Assembly: GCA_000826855.1 (NCBI GenBank) | Contig: JTLS01000030.1 | Location: 1 to 41,126, forward strand | Origin: Basidioascus undulatus | Taxonomy: Eukaryota | DNA length: 41,126 nucleotides | Reading direction: 5' to 3' | In this document: positions 26,657 to 41,126 of the stretch, one piece after another | Layout of the letters: each line of letters starts with the position of its first letter | How positions within the stretch are numbered: position 1 is the first letter of the stretch | The notes under the pieces: generated by a model | Told to the model about the DNA's origin: nothing | Seen by the model: only the letters and a program-made list of their open reading frames with translations | The model's database searches: none | Position numbers and translations under genes: made by a program

Positions 26657-27859
26657 CTACAGCTCCAACCTAGCCCTCTTCGCCTCGGCCCCATCACCTC
26701 CGCCTAGAGCTTCCTCCTCGAGCTTCCTCCTCCCCCGCCCAACCTCGGGCGAAGCGCTGGGCGCCGGCGAGGGGAGGTGAGTGTGAGTTCCCCGTCCCAC
26801 TTCCGCCTCTCCCTCTCCGTCTCGCCGCCCATTTTCCTCCACCCCTGCGTCTGCATCCTCTTCCTCCTCATCCTCCCCACCAAACCGCCGCAGCACCCTC
26901 TCCCAAGCATCGACGACCTCCCTACGCCCCTCCTCCCTCGCCAGCCGCACCGCTTCCTCCCGCCCCGCCCGCTCCGCCTCCAGAGCGGCCACAGCGCCCC
27001 GCGCTGCCTCTGCGCTCGAGAGAGCCGCGGCGAGCTGGGCTTCTAGCTCGGCGATGCGCGTGCGCTGCGCGTGGGAGAGCGCGTCGAGCGCGGCGCGCGT
27101 GAATGGGTCGGAGTAGAGGTTCGCGAGCACGGTTAGGGCGGAGGGATCGACGTTGGCGGGAAGATCTGGAGGTGCGGTGATGAAACGTGAGGAGAAGCTG
27201 GGAGGAGCGCTGGGCGGGGGTGGCTGCTGAGGCTGGGCGAACTGCTGGTTGCTGGTGCTGCCCGCCTTGGGCACGGAAGATGAGGTCGATGCCTGGGTGT
27301 AGGATCGGGGATTTGATGAGTTTAAAATGAAGATGATTTCGTGCGCGAATGAAGCTCACCTCCAATCCGGTATCTTCCTGCGTCTGTACGGGCGCAGCAG
27401 GCCTCGTCCCCAGCGCCGGCCGGACCTGACGCCCGCATCCCACCCATCTCTCTCAGTCGCCACATTCCGACTCTCCGCCGCTAAGTATCACTCACGTTTA
27501 TCCTCGCATCAGTCCCCAGCATAGCGATGATCCGCATCCTCTCATCCGGGGGCGCCCACTGCCCGTCCAGCTTACCCGCACGCCTGATGGGCCTCCTCAG
27601 GCGTACGGAACTTCAGCCGCGCGTAGGGGAAGCCGTGGCTCGACAGCTTGACGTCAATGGAGAGCCTAGAAACCCGTGTGTGCCAGTATATAAAAGAAGA
27701 AAAGAGAAAGTAGGCCGCAGCGCACGGGACGGGTATGGACGAGTCCCCCGCCAGGAGGTCTTCGATGTGCTGGGTCGTGCAGGATGTGGAGATCTCCGTG
27801 AGGAACACCGTGCGCGCCGCTGCGGATGTCTTGGGGGCCGATTCTGTGCTCGTCGCCAT
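26657..27859 (-). CDS. RRM-like domain protein with C-terminal coiled-coil/low-complexity region; one apparent frameshift
   Basis: MATST...RTVFLTEISTSCTTQHIEDLL...|...FPYARLKFRTPEEAHQAC (RNP2/RNP1-like) continues as GKLDGQW only if one C of CCC at 27575-27577 is removed. The last exon is ORF 26657-27274. Confidence 0.5.
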
Positions 27860-28617
27860 GGTCTGTGTCGTCGTCGCTGTTTGTGGTGTTATGGAAGACG
27901 GTGGGAGTGGAGTGAGCGAGCTACTTTCCGAAGCACGCGTCCGGTTCGCGTCGCGTGGCAATGACCGCACGTCCGTGGAAGCCAACGCGGGTATTCCGTG
28001 GTTTTTTGTGGCTCTACAGCGTTTTGCAATTTTCAGCGACTCGCCACGACTTTGTGCGCATTGGAATCGCATACTGGATTACACTGGATAGTTCTCTAAA
28101 TATGCGAGACATATTAAATGGGGTGCTGCGTTCCTGTTGGGTAAGTAGTCAGCCCTCACTGCACGTCGTCCATTGACACTGACAGCCACACCGACGGCTC
28201 AGCGAGTCCATAAGAGTCGAGACGTCAAATTGAATCCAGCTTGCGTGCCTCGTTTGTTTCTTTGCTCCCCCTCTTGCGTCCTCCCTCCCATCACCTCGAC
28301 CATCCCGATGATGGCCTTCTTCCGCGGCACCCCATCCCCAGCGCCAGCGCCAGCGGTGGGGCCTCTCCTCCTTTTCCTCAACCTGACGTCGGCCCTCGCA
28401 CAACATGTACGGCTCAGCTCGAGCCCGCTACGCTGCTCAGCTTGCGGGATGGCGGGTGGTCCACCCAGCCTGCTCTTGACTACCAGTCGGATTTTCGTAT
28501 TCGGGCCCTTCGGCGCGGCCGCTCGGATTCATCGTCGCGTGCGACGTTTTGTTCAGATTCTCGACAAAAGGAGCGTCGATACTGAATCGTCCCCCGCTCC
28601 GTGGTGGATACTAGCAC

Positions 28618-29660
28618 TGGAACGTCTGGTTCGATAAGCACCTTCAACACATCCGCTACCCCACGCTCGTCGGAGCTCCTCGCCTCCTCGGCCGACATTA
28701 TCTGCCTGCAAGAGTGCACAGCGCCTTGCATCGATCAGCACCTGCTCCTGCACCCTCAGATCCAGGCTGTAAGCGCCTCATATTCGTAACTCCCTTAGAT
28801 TTTCTGACGACAAAGCACATGTTTTTACTTTACTCCCAGAACTTCGCCCTCACCCAGCTGAGCGAGCAGCTCCAGCGCTGCCGGACCTGGTACGGCACTG
28901 TCGTCCGCGTCCGGCGCGCCCTGGTCGCCGAGCACAGCTGCCAGCTCCGCGCGTGGTTCCTGCGCTTCCCCGATTCAACAGGGGCGGGGCTCAACATAGT
29001 CGAGCTGACTAGAGATTCTCAAGTCATTGTGCGCCGCTGTTTTCGCTGTTTTCATGAAGTCTCTACCCGCTGAACGTCTCTCCCTAACAGTTCCCCGGCT
29101 CCGCACCGCCACGTCCCACTTCGAATCCATGGAGATGGGACGCCGCCGAGCGATCCATCCAGTTCGGGTTCGCCCATCCATCTCCATTCACGATCCCCTT
29201 TACCCTCCCCGTCCCACCTCCACCGCCACCGATCCTCAACATCGCCCCGCCGTCCCCCACCATCCTCTGCGGGGACACGAACATCTACACGCCATCCGAG
29301 TTGTCCGCGCTGCTCTCCCCCGCGCACGGCTTCGCGGACGCCACGCGCGGCGCGGGTGGGCCGACGTTCTTCACGACGTACACGGACGTGCCGAACATGG
29401 CACAGGTTGGGGCGCCGAGGACGCTCGACTACGTCACACGTTATGGGGAAGGGGTGGAGGTGGAGAGCTGGAGGCTGTTGGGAGAGAGGGAGGTGCGTAC
29501 AGTCGAGGCTTCGGGGGCGGTCGCGACTAGCGAGGGGGGAAAGGACGGGAAGGTGTGCTTCAGCGACCACTTGGGGACCGTTGTGAAGTGTTGCTGTTCC
29601 ACCACATTATATTTTTTATGTGGTCAAATGGATGGAGCGACGAAGGTCTGCATAGGTTGA
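28618..29660 (+). pseudogene. Endonuclease/exonuclease/phosphatase (TDP2-like) gene with frameshifts
   Basis: EEP motifs appear in order: WNVWF, DIICLQE, TSHFES, ILCGDTN, LDYV, SDHLG. There are +1 frameshifts at about 28672 and 29138. Confidence 0.7.
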
Positions 29661-30756
29661 GGCGGTGCAAAACTTCCAGCTTGAAGCGACCACTGCAGCG
29701 CGGCGTCAGTTTCTCAGAAGCCAGTACTTCCCGGCAATGTGTTGCGAGGCAAATGAACGAGAGAATCCCTCTGATCCTCCCTTTTCAGATAGCCTCAGCA
29801 TGAATGTTGTTCAACACCCGAAAGTACTGCCGACATTGCACCACAACACTCTCACGCCTGTGGGCAGCTCGCAAGACGTTCCTTCCGCCCTCCACTCCAA
29901 CAAGCTCAAGAACGTACCTCTTCCTTCTTTGACTGAATATTCGTAAACCCTCCGGTACCTAAACTGGCACAATGCGTTCCTGTGTTGCCCTTCCTGGCGA
30001 AACCAATCTCCACGGTCGCGGCTGCCATTGGTCAGGTTCCCTCTGCTCCCACCAAGGCCTCAGGAGGTGCCTTCCAACGTTTGGGAGCTGCTTCGGAAAG
30101 ATGCGAAAAGCCTTCTCTTCGAGGTCATGTCAACACCTGTGCGTGCAACCTGGTGTGCAGGCAGGTGCGCATGACCCTGCAATTCGCTCAGGGCTCACAG
30201 CTCGCTGTCATCGCAGAAAGGCGACCTGGTCTTGAAGCCATAATGCGAATGGTCCCACGGAGATTTTAATGACTACTATCAATCGCTCATGTTCGCACGT
30301 CAAGCAACTGTCGAGTTCATTGTGAACGATCAGTGAGTCCAGGTCATCGTGTGTCACACTGTTTGCGCCGTTTCTTGGCGAATTTTAAACCTGGTTGTGC
30401 CTGTGCTTGGCACTTTCTCAGGGAACAACGGAGACGTTCTGCCTCTCTTTTTGACGATGTTGAGTCCGTGAACGTGTACCGCCGCCGCTGGGCCCCATTC
30501 GCTCCGTCTGCAGAACGCTTTCACACAGTGTCCAGAGCGGGATGCGGCGCTGCGCGGATCCATCACTGGGACCTCACGCGCCGGCGAACAAGGGACACCC
30601 TGTCGCGGATGGGAGGGCATATAAATTAGTACAAAGCGCGTTCCGACTTAGCTCGTCTTTTCCCGTTTGCTGTACCTCGTCCGTTAGCACTCTGCACTAC
30701 CCCGGCCATTCACCCCAAGTCGAGTCCTCGCCACTCGAACAAGTGCACGCGTCAAC

Positions 30757-33700
30757 ATGGGCCGCATGACCTTCAAGGAAATTTGGCAGTGTGCGTTCAT
30801 ATTAGCATCCTTGGTTGTTCAGACATGCTGATTGTCGAGTCGCGGCGCGTCTTGCAGCATACAATGCTTCTGAGAAGAGGAGCATGTGCGCGGCTGTGTC
30901 GTTTCAAGACTGCGCCCTAGGAACATACTAAGCCCGAATTGATCACCAGTGCTCTCTACATTGGAGGTATCATGATGTACAGTGAGTGGCGCCCGTTCTT
31001 CGCCATTGAGCGGCGTTGATCATGGGACGATTGGCTTTCAGAACTCGGCCTCGAGGTATGTCTTCCTAGCCCGGCTGCCGTCTAGAGCATGCACTGCTCG
31101 AGGTTGAACTTGTTGCACCCGGGTAGTTCTTCAACGGTGAGCAGCATATATGCCGAGTTCAAACGTGAGCCCCGCTGATGAACACGTCCCTGATAAAGGC
31201 TCGATCACGACTCTGGCTAGTAAGGGTCGATGTTTGAAAGGGCAGTCAGCAGACGCTGATGGTGACCTTATCCCCCACAGCTGATCGATTCAAGTCCACG
31301 AACACGTTCACCAAGCTTGGAGCTGCCCAGGGCATCAACCAGGCAGCTCAGTGTCTCGGTGCTATTCTCATCGCGCCGCTCATCAAGAAATGGCCGACCC
31401 GGACTGTTCTTTCGGGCGCCATCGTCATGTTCGCCCTCATGACAACCGTCCTCCTCATCACCGATGCAGCAACCGGTACGTACCTCACATCCGGTGTATG
31501 TAGCTGGAGCATGTGCTCAAACCCTGTGTGATCGTTAGGTGGAAAGGTCAAGCCCAAGGCAGCCTCCGCGCCTGTTTACGGCAGCTGGAACCCGAATGCT
31601 GCACGGGTTTTTGTGACACCTTTCGTCGTGTCAGCGAGAATGACTGAAACGGGGAGGGCAACAGATCTTTGTTATCTGGACTATCAGTGGTATCGCGTAC
31701 GGTATGGTCGAGCTGATCCGTCGCGTCATTCCCGCGGACATTGTCGTGAGTTTTGCCTTTTTGAGGCCGGAGATTTGATTCCAGGCTGACAGAACATTCC
31801 ACTATGAAAGGGCGGCGACGTCCAGAAGCTGCGGCGCATGGACGCGACTGTCGTGAGTGGCTCGTCTCGCCGCAACACTCTGCGCGATCACGATACTGAT
31901 CCAAACCGAGCACAGCACGTCTTTTACGGTCAGCATAAAAACCTATCACTGTAATTGCTTGTGTGCTGATGAAGCTATACGGCATACAGAGGTCGCCGGA
32001 ACTGCCGGAGCTTTCGCCTCTTCGTCTGCCATATCCAGATTCGGCAACAACACCAGTTTCTTCCTCACTCCTGGTAAGTGGCCCAACTCAATACACTCAT
32101 AGTTTCTTTACTGACGCCTCTACGCAGTGTTCTTTGTGATCGCCGCTGTAGGTCCCTGTTGCAGTGAAGACACCCGGGGAACGCATAGCTCATTCTACCT
32201 TTGACCAGATTATCTGGGCGTTCATCGGGCAGCTCAACTTCAAGAAGGCGGGAGATGATGCCGAAGAGGGTGGTGCCAAGCTGAGCGCGGTCGAACGCAA
32301 GCGCCCCAACTATCTCGCACAGGTCTGGCATGGTGTCGTGCTGTTTGGCGAGTCGGTTTGGGTGGGCGCCAAACTCGTTCTAGGTCACCGGCGCTTTGTC
32401 TGTACGTAATTTCCATAACACCTTCAGCTGGAACATTTGGATCATGATGCGCGGTTGGCAAATTTCTACAGGGCTTTTCACGAGCTAGTGCGTACTGTCT
32501 GAGCATCATTCCAGGGTTCGTTACTGAAACTTCGTCTTCCCCGCAGCGCGTTTGCGCTTTACCTTCACCGGTACGCTACCTAGCGACTCTATTTGCACAC
32601 CGATATACTGACAGACCTTCAACTATAGCTTCTTGGAGAGCTCTCTCGCTCCGGCTTACGCCAAGCGCTCCCTGGGGACATCAGCATGGAGTCAGATCAT
32701 TGTCGGAGGTGAGCCTGTCCCTGAGCTTTAAAAAAGGCCCGCTTTTAATAACCTCCATCCGACACAGGATCCAACTTCGGAGAAGTAGGTTGTCACCAAA
32801 TGTAGGCCCGTTGAACTAGAACTAACGTGCATGTCCACAGCTCCTCGGTGCCGCATCGGTCTTCCTTCTGTCGGACTACATTCCTACCCCGGTGAGCCCT
32901 ACCGGCTTTGTTTATAAATGCCTTGCGCTGACTGGGGGTCTTTACAGATGCCATGGCTTCGCTTAGATGCCCTGATGGTATGCTGCTCGAAGCGTCCCCG
33001 CCTTCCTGAAACCAGCTCCTTACCGTTTACCTCGACAGTTGAACATTGTTTGGGTTCTCCCCCACTTCTCGACCATCGCAAAGAAGGATGTGAGCTGGGC
33101 GTGGAGGGTGGCCGGATGTTTTATCCCCATCTCTTTCGTATGTCTCTTCTTTCGCCCCGTTTGTTTGTCCTGTCAAGTGCCCTTACAGTCCATGCTACAG
33201 GGTTGGGCTGCTGGCGACGTCTCGTTGGCTGCGTACATCCAGGTATGTCCTTCGAGACCATTTTTTGAGAATGACCATTAACGCAAGGCTCCTCAGGCTA
33301 CCCTCTCCCGCATGGACCTCGGTAAGCGCTTGACGACACAACGAACATGACGAGCCTAGGTATTGACCATCCCAACGCAGGCACGGGAAGCGTCTCGACA
33401 CTCGGTGCTGTCATGGTGCGCCCTGGATCGGCGTGTCAACACGAGCGGGTCGACGTTGAATTTTTTAATCTCTAGGCCTTCCTCTACTCGACCTATATCG
33501 TCCTCAACGCTGTGCTCAGCTCGGTCCTCGGCAATGTCATTGACCACGACTGGACGGCGAACAAGAGCATCGAGAGTGCACTCAGCCGCGTCGGCGGGTA
33601 AGTGAACCTGCCTCCCAGTCTTCCGGGCGTGAGCGCTAACGTTGCCGATTGGACAAACAGCATCCAGTTCTCCATCGGCTGCGGCATCATCCTCCTTTCG

Positions 33701-33886
33701 ACGTTCATCCCCCGCGGCGCCTTCGCGTTCAACCCCAAGATCATCAACGACGACGACCGCCTGCAAGACGTCCGGGACGGCGCCGTCTTCAAGCATACCG
33801 GCGAGCTCGAGAACGACAGCACGGTTGCCAAGCATTCCGAGGAGGCGCCAGTTAAGGAGAAGGCGGACGTTCCACTCCCGATCTAG
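30757..33886 (+). CDS. MFS-like multi-pass membrane protein (many short exons)
   Basis: Spliced ALYIGGIMMYKLGLEFFNGSI...GINQAAQCLGAILIAPLIKKWPTRTVL...YGMVELIRRVIPADIVGGDVQKLRRMDATVHVFYEVAGTAGAF...GWAAGDVSLAAYIQ...FIPRGAFAFNPK. Several hydrophobic helices. Stop TAG at 33884-33886. Confidence 0.8.
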
Positions 33887-34689
33887 TTACGTCGGGGGCT
33901 AAGTAAGCACCTGTAGTCGGTTGGATGCTTTCTCTTTCTGTGGTGTCTTTGGGTCATAGTTCTAGGAATACGACAGTCGTGTTTGTTGCCAAATTTTTAA
34001 CGATACCACGAGAACATTACGGTTCTACAGCGACCAGCGAGCTACTCAACTGCATATTGTGCCGCTCTCTGCTTTGCCCTTTCCGCATGCCCGCAAGCCT
34101 CTGACCTCTTGAAAGCCGGGACAAGTTCGGATCTCTTGGCTGGCTTATGAAAAGGCGCGATATCACGACTGGATTTCACGCTATTTCATCGAGAAAGCAG
34201 GGGTAGCGAGGAGCGAAGAGATATCAGTTTGGTGGAAATTGCTCTGCAGTGAGCAGTACCCTCGCCGTCCCAGCTGTGACTTGCAGTGAGGAGATTGCTT
34301 GTACAACAGTAACAGGGAACGTCAAGGGCATGCGGAGTTCCTTACACCAGCCGCGACCACCACATTACGGGCGAGTCCCGCAACATTGAACCTGAAGACT
34401 CAAACCCTCTCCGGATGTCTGCGCCTTCAAGCAATCACAACCCTAGACCCGAGCTTACCTCTCAACAAGCGTAATTCGCCTTCCAAGACCTGACAGACAC
34501 CTCCGCGATACAGGCATGGCGTCGAGAATCCCGGGTCCGCGCGAACCGCCGTTCAAACTGATGCACTTGCACTCAGGAAATCTGGTCGTGACGATGTATT
34601 GTGTTCGCGAAAAGAGAAGGAAGAGAAAGCATCGAAAGGAATGAAGGATGTCCCGTGGAAAGTAAGCCAGTAAGCCGAATGGTCCCAAA

Positions 34690-37095
<2,406 letters not shown>

Positions 37096-38159
37096 TATGT
37101 ATTGGTATGGAAAGCGAGGACGAAGGTTGGAAAGAGACTGGATTAAAGTGGGTACTGGAGGCGAAGAGAGAGAGGCAGCGGGGAAGATGGCGGTCAGTTG
37201 CGAAGGGGGAATGCCAGCGCCAGCAGCACCCTCGCGGGGGAACGCCTGAGGTGACGTCGATCATCGCTCGGGTAAGAAACCGCCCGGAGAGCCCAGATCG
37301 CACGCGTGCATATTGACTGCTTCGCACCGCCTGCGAGAAGCACTCACATGGATTCAAGAAATTATTAGTGGAAGACTGCTGCTGAAAATGCGGATGGGGA
37401 TGATGGAGGCAGAGAGCCAAGAGGCGGGCAGGTTCCCGGTATATCTCGACTTCTGCGACGTTTCAAGTCGAGGCACAGGGGTTGAATCGGTCGTACTCAA
37501 TTGTTGCCAGCTCAATTGCGCTCAGATCTCCAGCGTCCGCGTTGCCTGTTATACCAGATGCGCTGCGGGGAAGCGCCGGCCCCCATCCCCTTGCGGAGGC
37601 ACGTCCACTCAGAGGCTCGCACAGCCGCAGCATGTGTAGCCTGGTGTCAGTGCGGCTGGTAACACAGCAACGTGGACAGAAGGGTAAAGGTCTGCTCTCA
37701 TGGCACTGCACTGCTTGTCTTTTCCATGTAAGTCCAAGTTATAATGGTCGTTCAACACTGCCCGATATGGCCCTGAGCGAGAGTCCAAGAAGTGTGTGCC
37801 GGACTCGGAGCGTGGCCAGTCAGGCACCGGAAAAGCGACGCCGGCCAGACCCCGACAGTTCGAAAGATCTCCAAGGTTGGGTGCGTACGACGAGCGCTTG
37901 CCGTAATACCTATAAGGGGATTGCTAATGCGGATTTACAGTCCAGATTCGAAGGAAAGCCCTGTACTTCATTGAGGAGGGTGTCCGAGACGCTAGCTCTT
38001 CTGGACTGGATACGCGACCAAATAAGTAATCCCCGCTCAATATCAGGAATTCGGCCTCAGAAGCGTCGCGGCGGCCAGCGCAGGACATGCGAGGCCCTGG
38101 ACCTCATTGCCCCTCTGCATCTCATCTCTCCTCCCAGGCAATAGTTGCCTTGCTGAAAA

Positions 38160-40598
38160 ATGTCGTCCCGTGCGGCGAACGTCGCGACTTCGACGCATGG
38201 TCAAATCGCCAGCAGCAGCAAGCGCGAGGCGGACAAGTGGCAGTTCCGCGAACACCAAGGGTGCGCTCCGGCTCGTGTTACTCCAAAGCGCCCAGAACCA
38301 TTGAACCGATACGAGTTGCGGCCCATGGGGAGCCACGGGCATGATCTTTGGGTTTCCGCTGATGACGTGAGCCCTTTTACTCCCCGGAAGCGAAATGCAC
38401 TGAACCTCTCGACTTCTTGCAGGTATGACTACTTCTGGATCTGCGTGCAATTCTACGACGGGCACTTTGCGCTCCCCGCGAAGGGCGAGGGCTTTGTCGC
38501 CTTCCTGGGGCGGATGGTCGAGCACGTCAAGCAGGTGCTTCGCCTTCCCTTCACTTCCCGCCTAGCACCTCACCAAGTTGACCTTCTCCCCCCTTCCGCG
38601 AGCAGGATGCCTCCCCCACCCCACGCGCAGCAGTGATCTACCTCTCGCTCATGTCGCTCGAGCTGGTCCTGGCGCTTGTTATGTCCGGGCACGTGCAGGA
38701 GGGTCTGCCGATCTCGTCGCTCGACTACAAGACGCTCAGCTACCAGTGCAGCGCGCTCTCGTCGTACTACACGACGATCGCGATCTTCGCTGCCCTCCAG
38801 TTCACGGGGCTCTTCCGCATCCAGGAGGTTATAGAGCAGTACGGGCACCTCATGACCATCGCCACTTTCGCTAGCTTTGGGATCAGCCTGTGGACGTACG
38901 TCGCGGCGATCTTGAACGGAAGCCAGATCCGCATGAGCGGCAACTTCTTCTGTGAGTTCTGTTTGCTCAGAAGAAGAACGCCCATAAATCTGGAAGCTTA
39001 CAGTTGCGGCACTCGCCTCCGGTTGACAGATGACTTCTTCATGGGTGCCGGGTGAGCTCAATCTCGCGACATTCCCATGCGGTGAGAGAAATCTTTGCTG
39101 AAGCCGTTTTCCAGCCTCAAGCCGCGCATCGGCCGCGTCGACCTCAAAGTCTGGGCGCTCGTCCGGTGCGCCTGTCCTTCGCAGTGCTTCAGTTACAGAT
39201 TCGACATGCTCACATGCTGATCACACATCACAGCGTCCCTTGAATCCTCCACACCATGATCGCGCTGTCAGCCGCGTTCAAGCAGTATGAGCAATACGGC
39301 TACCTGTCTCCGTGAGCTTGTTAATTGACATGCTCCTTCGTTTTAACCCTGGCCATTCTGATCGCTCACGCCCTCAGAACATGCTTTCATGATGCTCGCC
39401 AGTGCGCTGTACAGCAACGCTTGCGCGAAAGGCGAGGAGTGCGTTACTCAGACTTGGGACGTTAAGTATGTACAGGCTGTTTTCCGTTGTCGTCTAGTCC
39501 TCTGACGCAGTTGCCATGCTGTTAGGTACGAGAAGTGGGACTTCATGGTCATCTTCTGGTATGTACCCGCCAGACAAAACTTTCCCTCGAACACCACGCT
39601 GCGCATGATCACGCTTCCACGTGCTGATGCCGAGCTGCGTTGCAGGAACTTCGCCGCTGCGCCGTTCACCTACTCGTACTGATCCTCTTCATGGCAACAC
39701 ACGACTAGGCCAGGTACCGTTTCTCGGCGCCGGTTTACATCGCGCACTACTCTGCGTCACTGCTCGCTTATTACATGTCCGTCTTATCCCCATCGCTCTC
39801 TTTCTCACTTCATCCCGATAAGACCCTCACCACTCTGACCAGCCGCCGCGCTGGCTGCAGTTTCGACACGCCCAACTCGCAGAAGAGCCGGTTCCGCATG
39901 CAGATGCAGGGCGTCTACGTGCCGCGGTGGAACTTCCCACAGCTGCCCTGGGGCACGATCCACAACCCGAGATACATCAGCACCGAGCAGGGCAACAAGC
40001 TGCTCACCAGCGGCTGGTGGGGCATCGTGCGCAAGCCCGTGAGTCTTCTGTTCAGGAGCCGCTCGCTTCCCGACAACCATCCCACTTAATATGATTGGGG
40101 CTTGCGGCGACCGAAACAGAACTACACGGCGGACTGGACGCAGTCGGTGCTGTGGGGCATCCCTGCTGGCTTTACTGCACCCCTGCCGCACTGGTACGGC
40201 ATCTGGTTCTTCATCGTGTTGGTCCACGTAGGTCAAATGTGTAGCCTCTCGCTCATGAGGCCGCTAACGCTGGTCCTCACGTTCTAACAGCGCTGCGAGC
40301 GTGACAATGAGCGGCAAGTCGGTTTCTTCTGTCGCTGCCCTTGGCGACCACGCTTCACATTCATCCCTCACTTTGCTCGCTCTTCAAGACACCGCGACAT
40401 CTAACTCGAGCTCTGACCGCTGATGTTGATGCCGCGTCAACAGGTGCAGTGCCTGCTACGGAGCCGACTGGAAGCGGTACTGCTCGATTGTCAAGCACCG
40501 CTTCATTCCATTCGGTAAGCAGCGGCATGGCAAGGCGGATCTCAGTCTCAGGGACACTGCAGCGTTGATCAATCCGCTTTGTCAATGCAGTGTACTAG
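38160..40598 (+). pseudogene. ERG4: Sterol C-24(28) reductase (ERG4/ERG24 family, ERG4-like) with inactivating lesions
   Basis: Motifs GPWGATGMIFGFP, RMSGNF..DFFMG..LKPRIG.VDLK, NACAKGEEC..QTWD...EKW.FM.IFWN, SQKSRFR, FPQLPWG, LLTSGWWG..RKP|NYTADW, HRCERD, DWKRYC..V..RFIPFVY*. Lesions: TGA at 39241-39243 replacing W of RVPW, a frameshift at about 39680, TAG at 39706-39708, and a probable frameshift at about 38316. Confidence 0.88.
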
Positions 40599-41126
40599 AC
40601 GTAGCGATGGGTTTGGTCTGTCGGACGAAGGCATGGTTAGGCGGATTCAGAATTCGTATCGTTCATTCACCTTTGTTCGAGCTTCGCGAGTCAACCAAAA
40701 AAGCGATGCGTGAAAACGGATACAATGCGCCGCGGCGGCGAGAATAAGTAGATGGTTAGATACAACGAAATGCCAATGGCGCAATGGAAATGAGGGAAGT
40801 GGGTGGGTGACGAACAAAATGCGTCGGATATCATGCAAGACAAGCAACTGTGACGAACATTGAACAGCAATACGGCAGAGAAAAACAAGCAAGCCAATAC
40901 CAAGGTCCGGGAAGGGAAAACGAATGTAAAGGGACTGGGAAAATCAGATGTAGTTCCCCGTCGGCCGAGGCGGCGCCATCACCCGCCCGGCTGCGCGTCC
41001 GATGGTGCGCGGTTGAGGCAGCCCAGACGCCTGCATCGCCGCCGACGACCGCAGGTCCGGCGCGGAGGGCTGTCTCTGCATCGTGCGCGTCGGTATTGGA
41101 GGGGACGGCTTGACGGGCTCGGAGGG

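Noticed and set aside
37482..38144. 220-aa ORF between UGP1 and ERG4
   Set aside because: No recognisable domain. It lies in a divergent promoter region, and long chance ORFs are common at this GC content.
39241..39243. UGA-as-Trp recoding or A-to-I rescue of ERG4
   Set aside because: The same gene also has a frameshift and a TAG, and TGA is the normal stop of GH31, SEM1 and UGP1 in this window.

Overview
Eukaryotic, GC-rich, extremely intron-dense fungal DNA. Short GT/GC-AG introns with CTRAC-type branch points and many micro-exons suggest a basidiomycete, probably Pucciniomycotina (inference). Apparently intact genes, reconstructed by hand-splicing: a GH31 alpha-glucosidase, aminodeoxychorismate synthase (ABZ1), a hypothetical protein, SEM1/DSS1, an MFS-like membrane protein and UDP-glucose pyrophosphorylase (UGP1). 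Between them lie many damaged or partial genes: an ERG4 sterol C-24(28) reductase with stops and frameshifts, a RidA-family gene, a TDP2-like EEP gene, an RRM gene, three F-box-like relics, an orphan 3' piece of a GDA1/CD39 gene and a 5'-truncated Mug190-like SMP/C2 gene. The standout observation is at 26384-26456: a complete tRNA-Arg(ACG) whose 3' half lies upstream of its 5' half, i.e. a circularly permuted tRNA gene. It has a 1-nt spacer, complementary leader/trailer sequences and an oligo-T terminator directly after the anticodon. I know this architecture from some red and green algae, a nucleomorph and an archaeon, but not from fungi. All splice models were made by eye, so coordinates of degraded genes are approximate.
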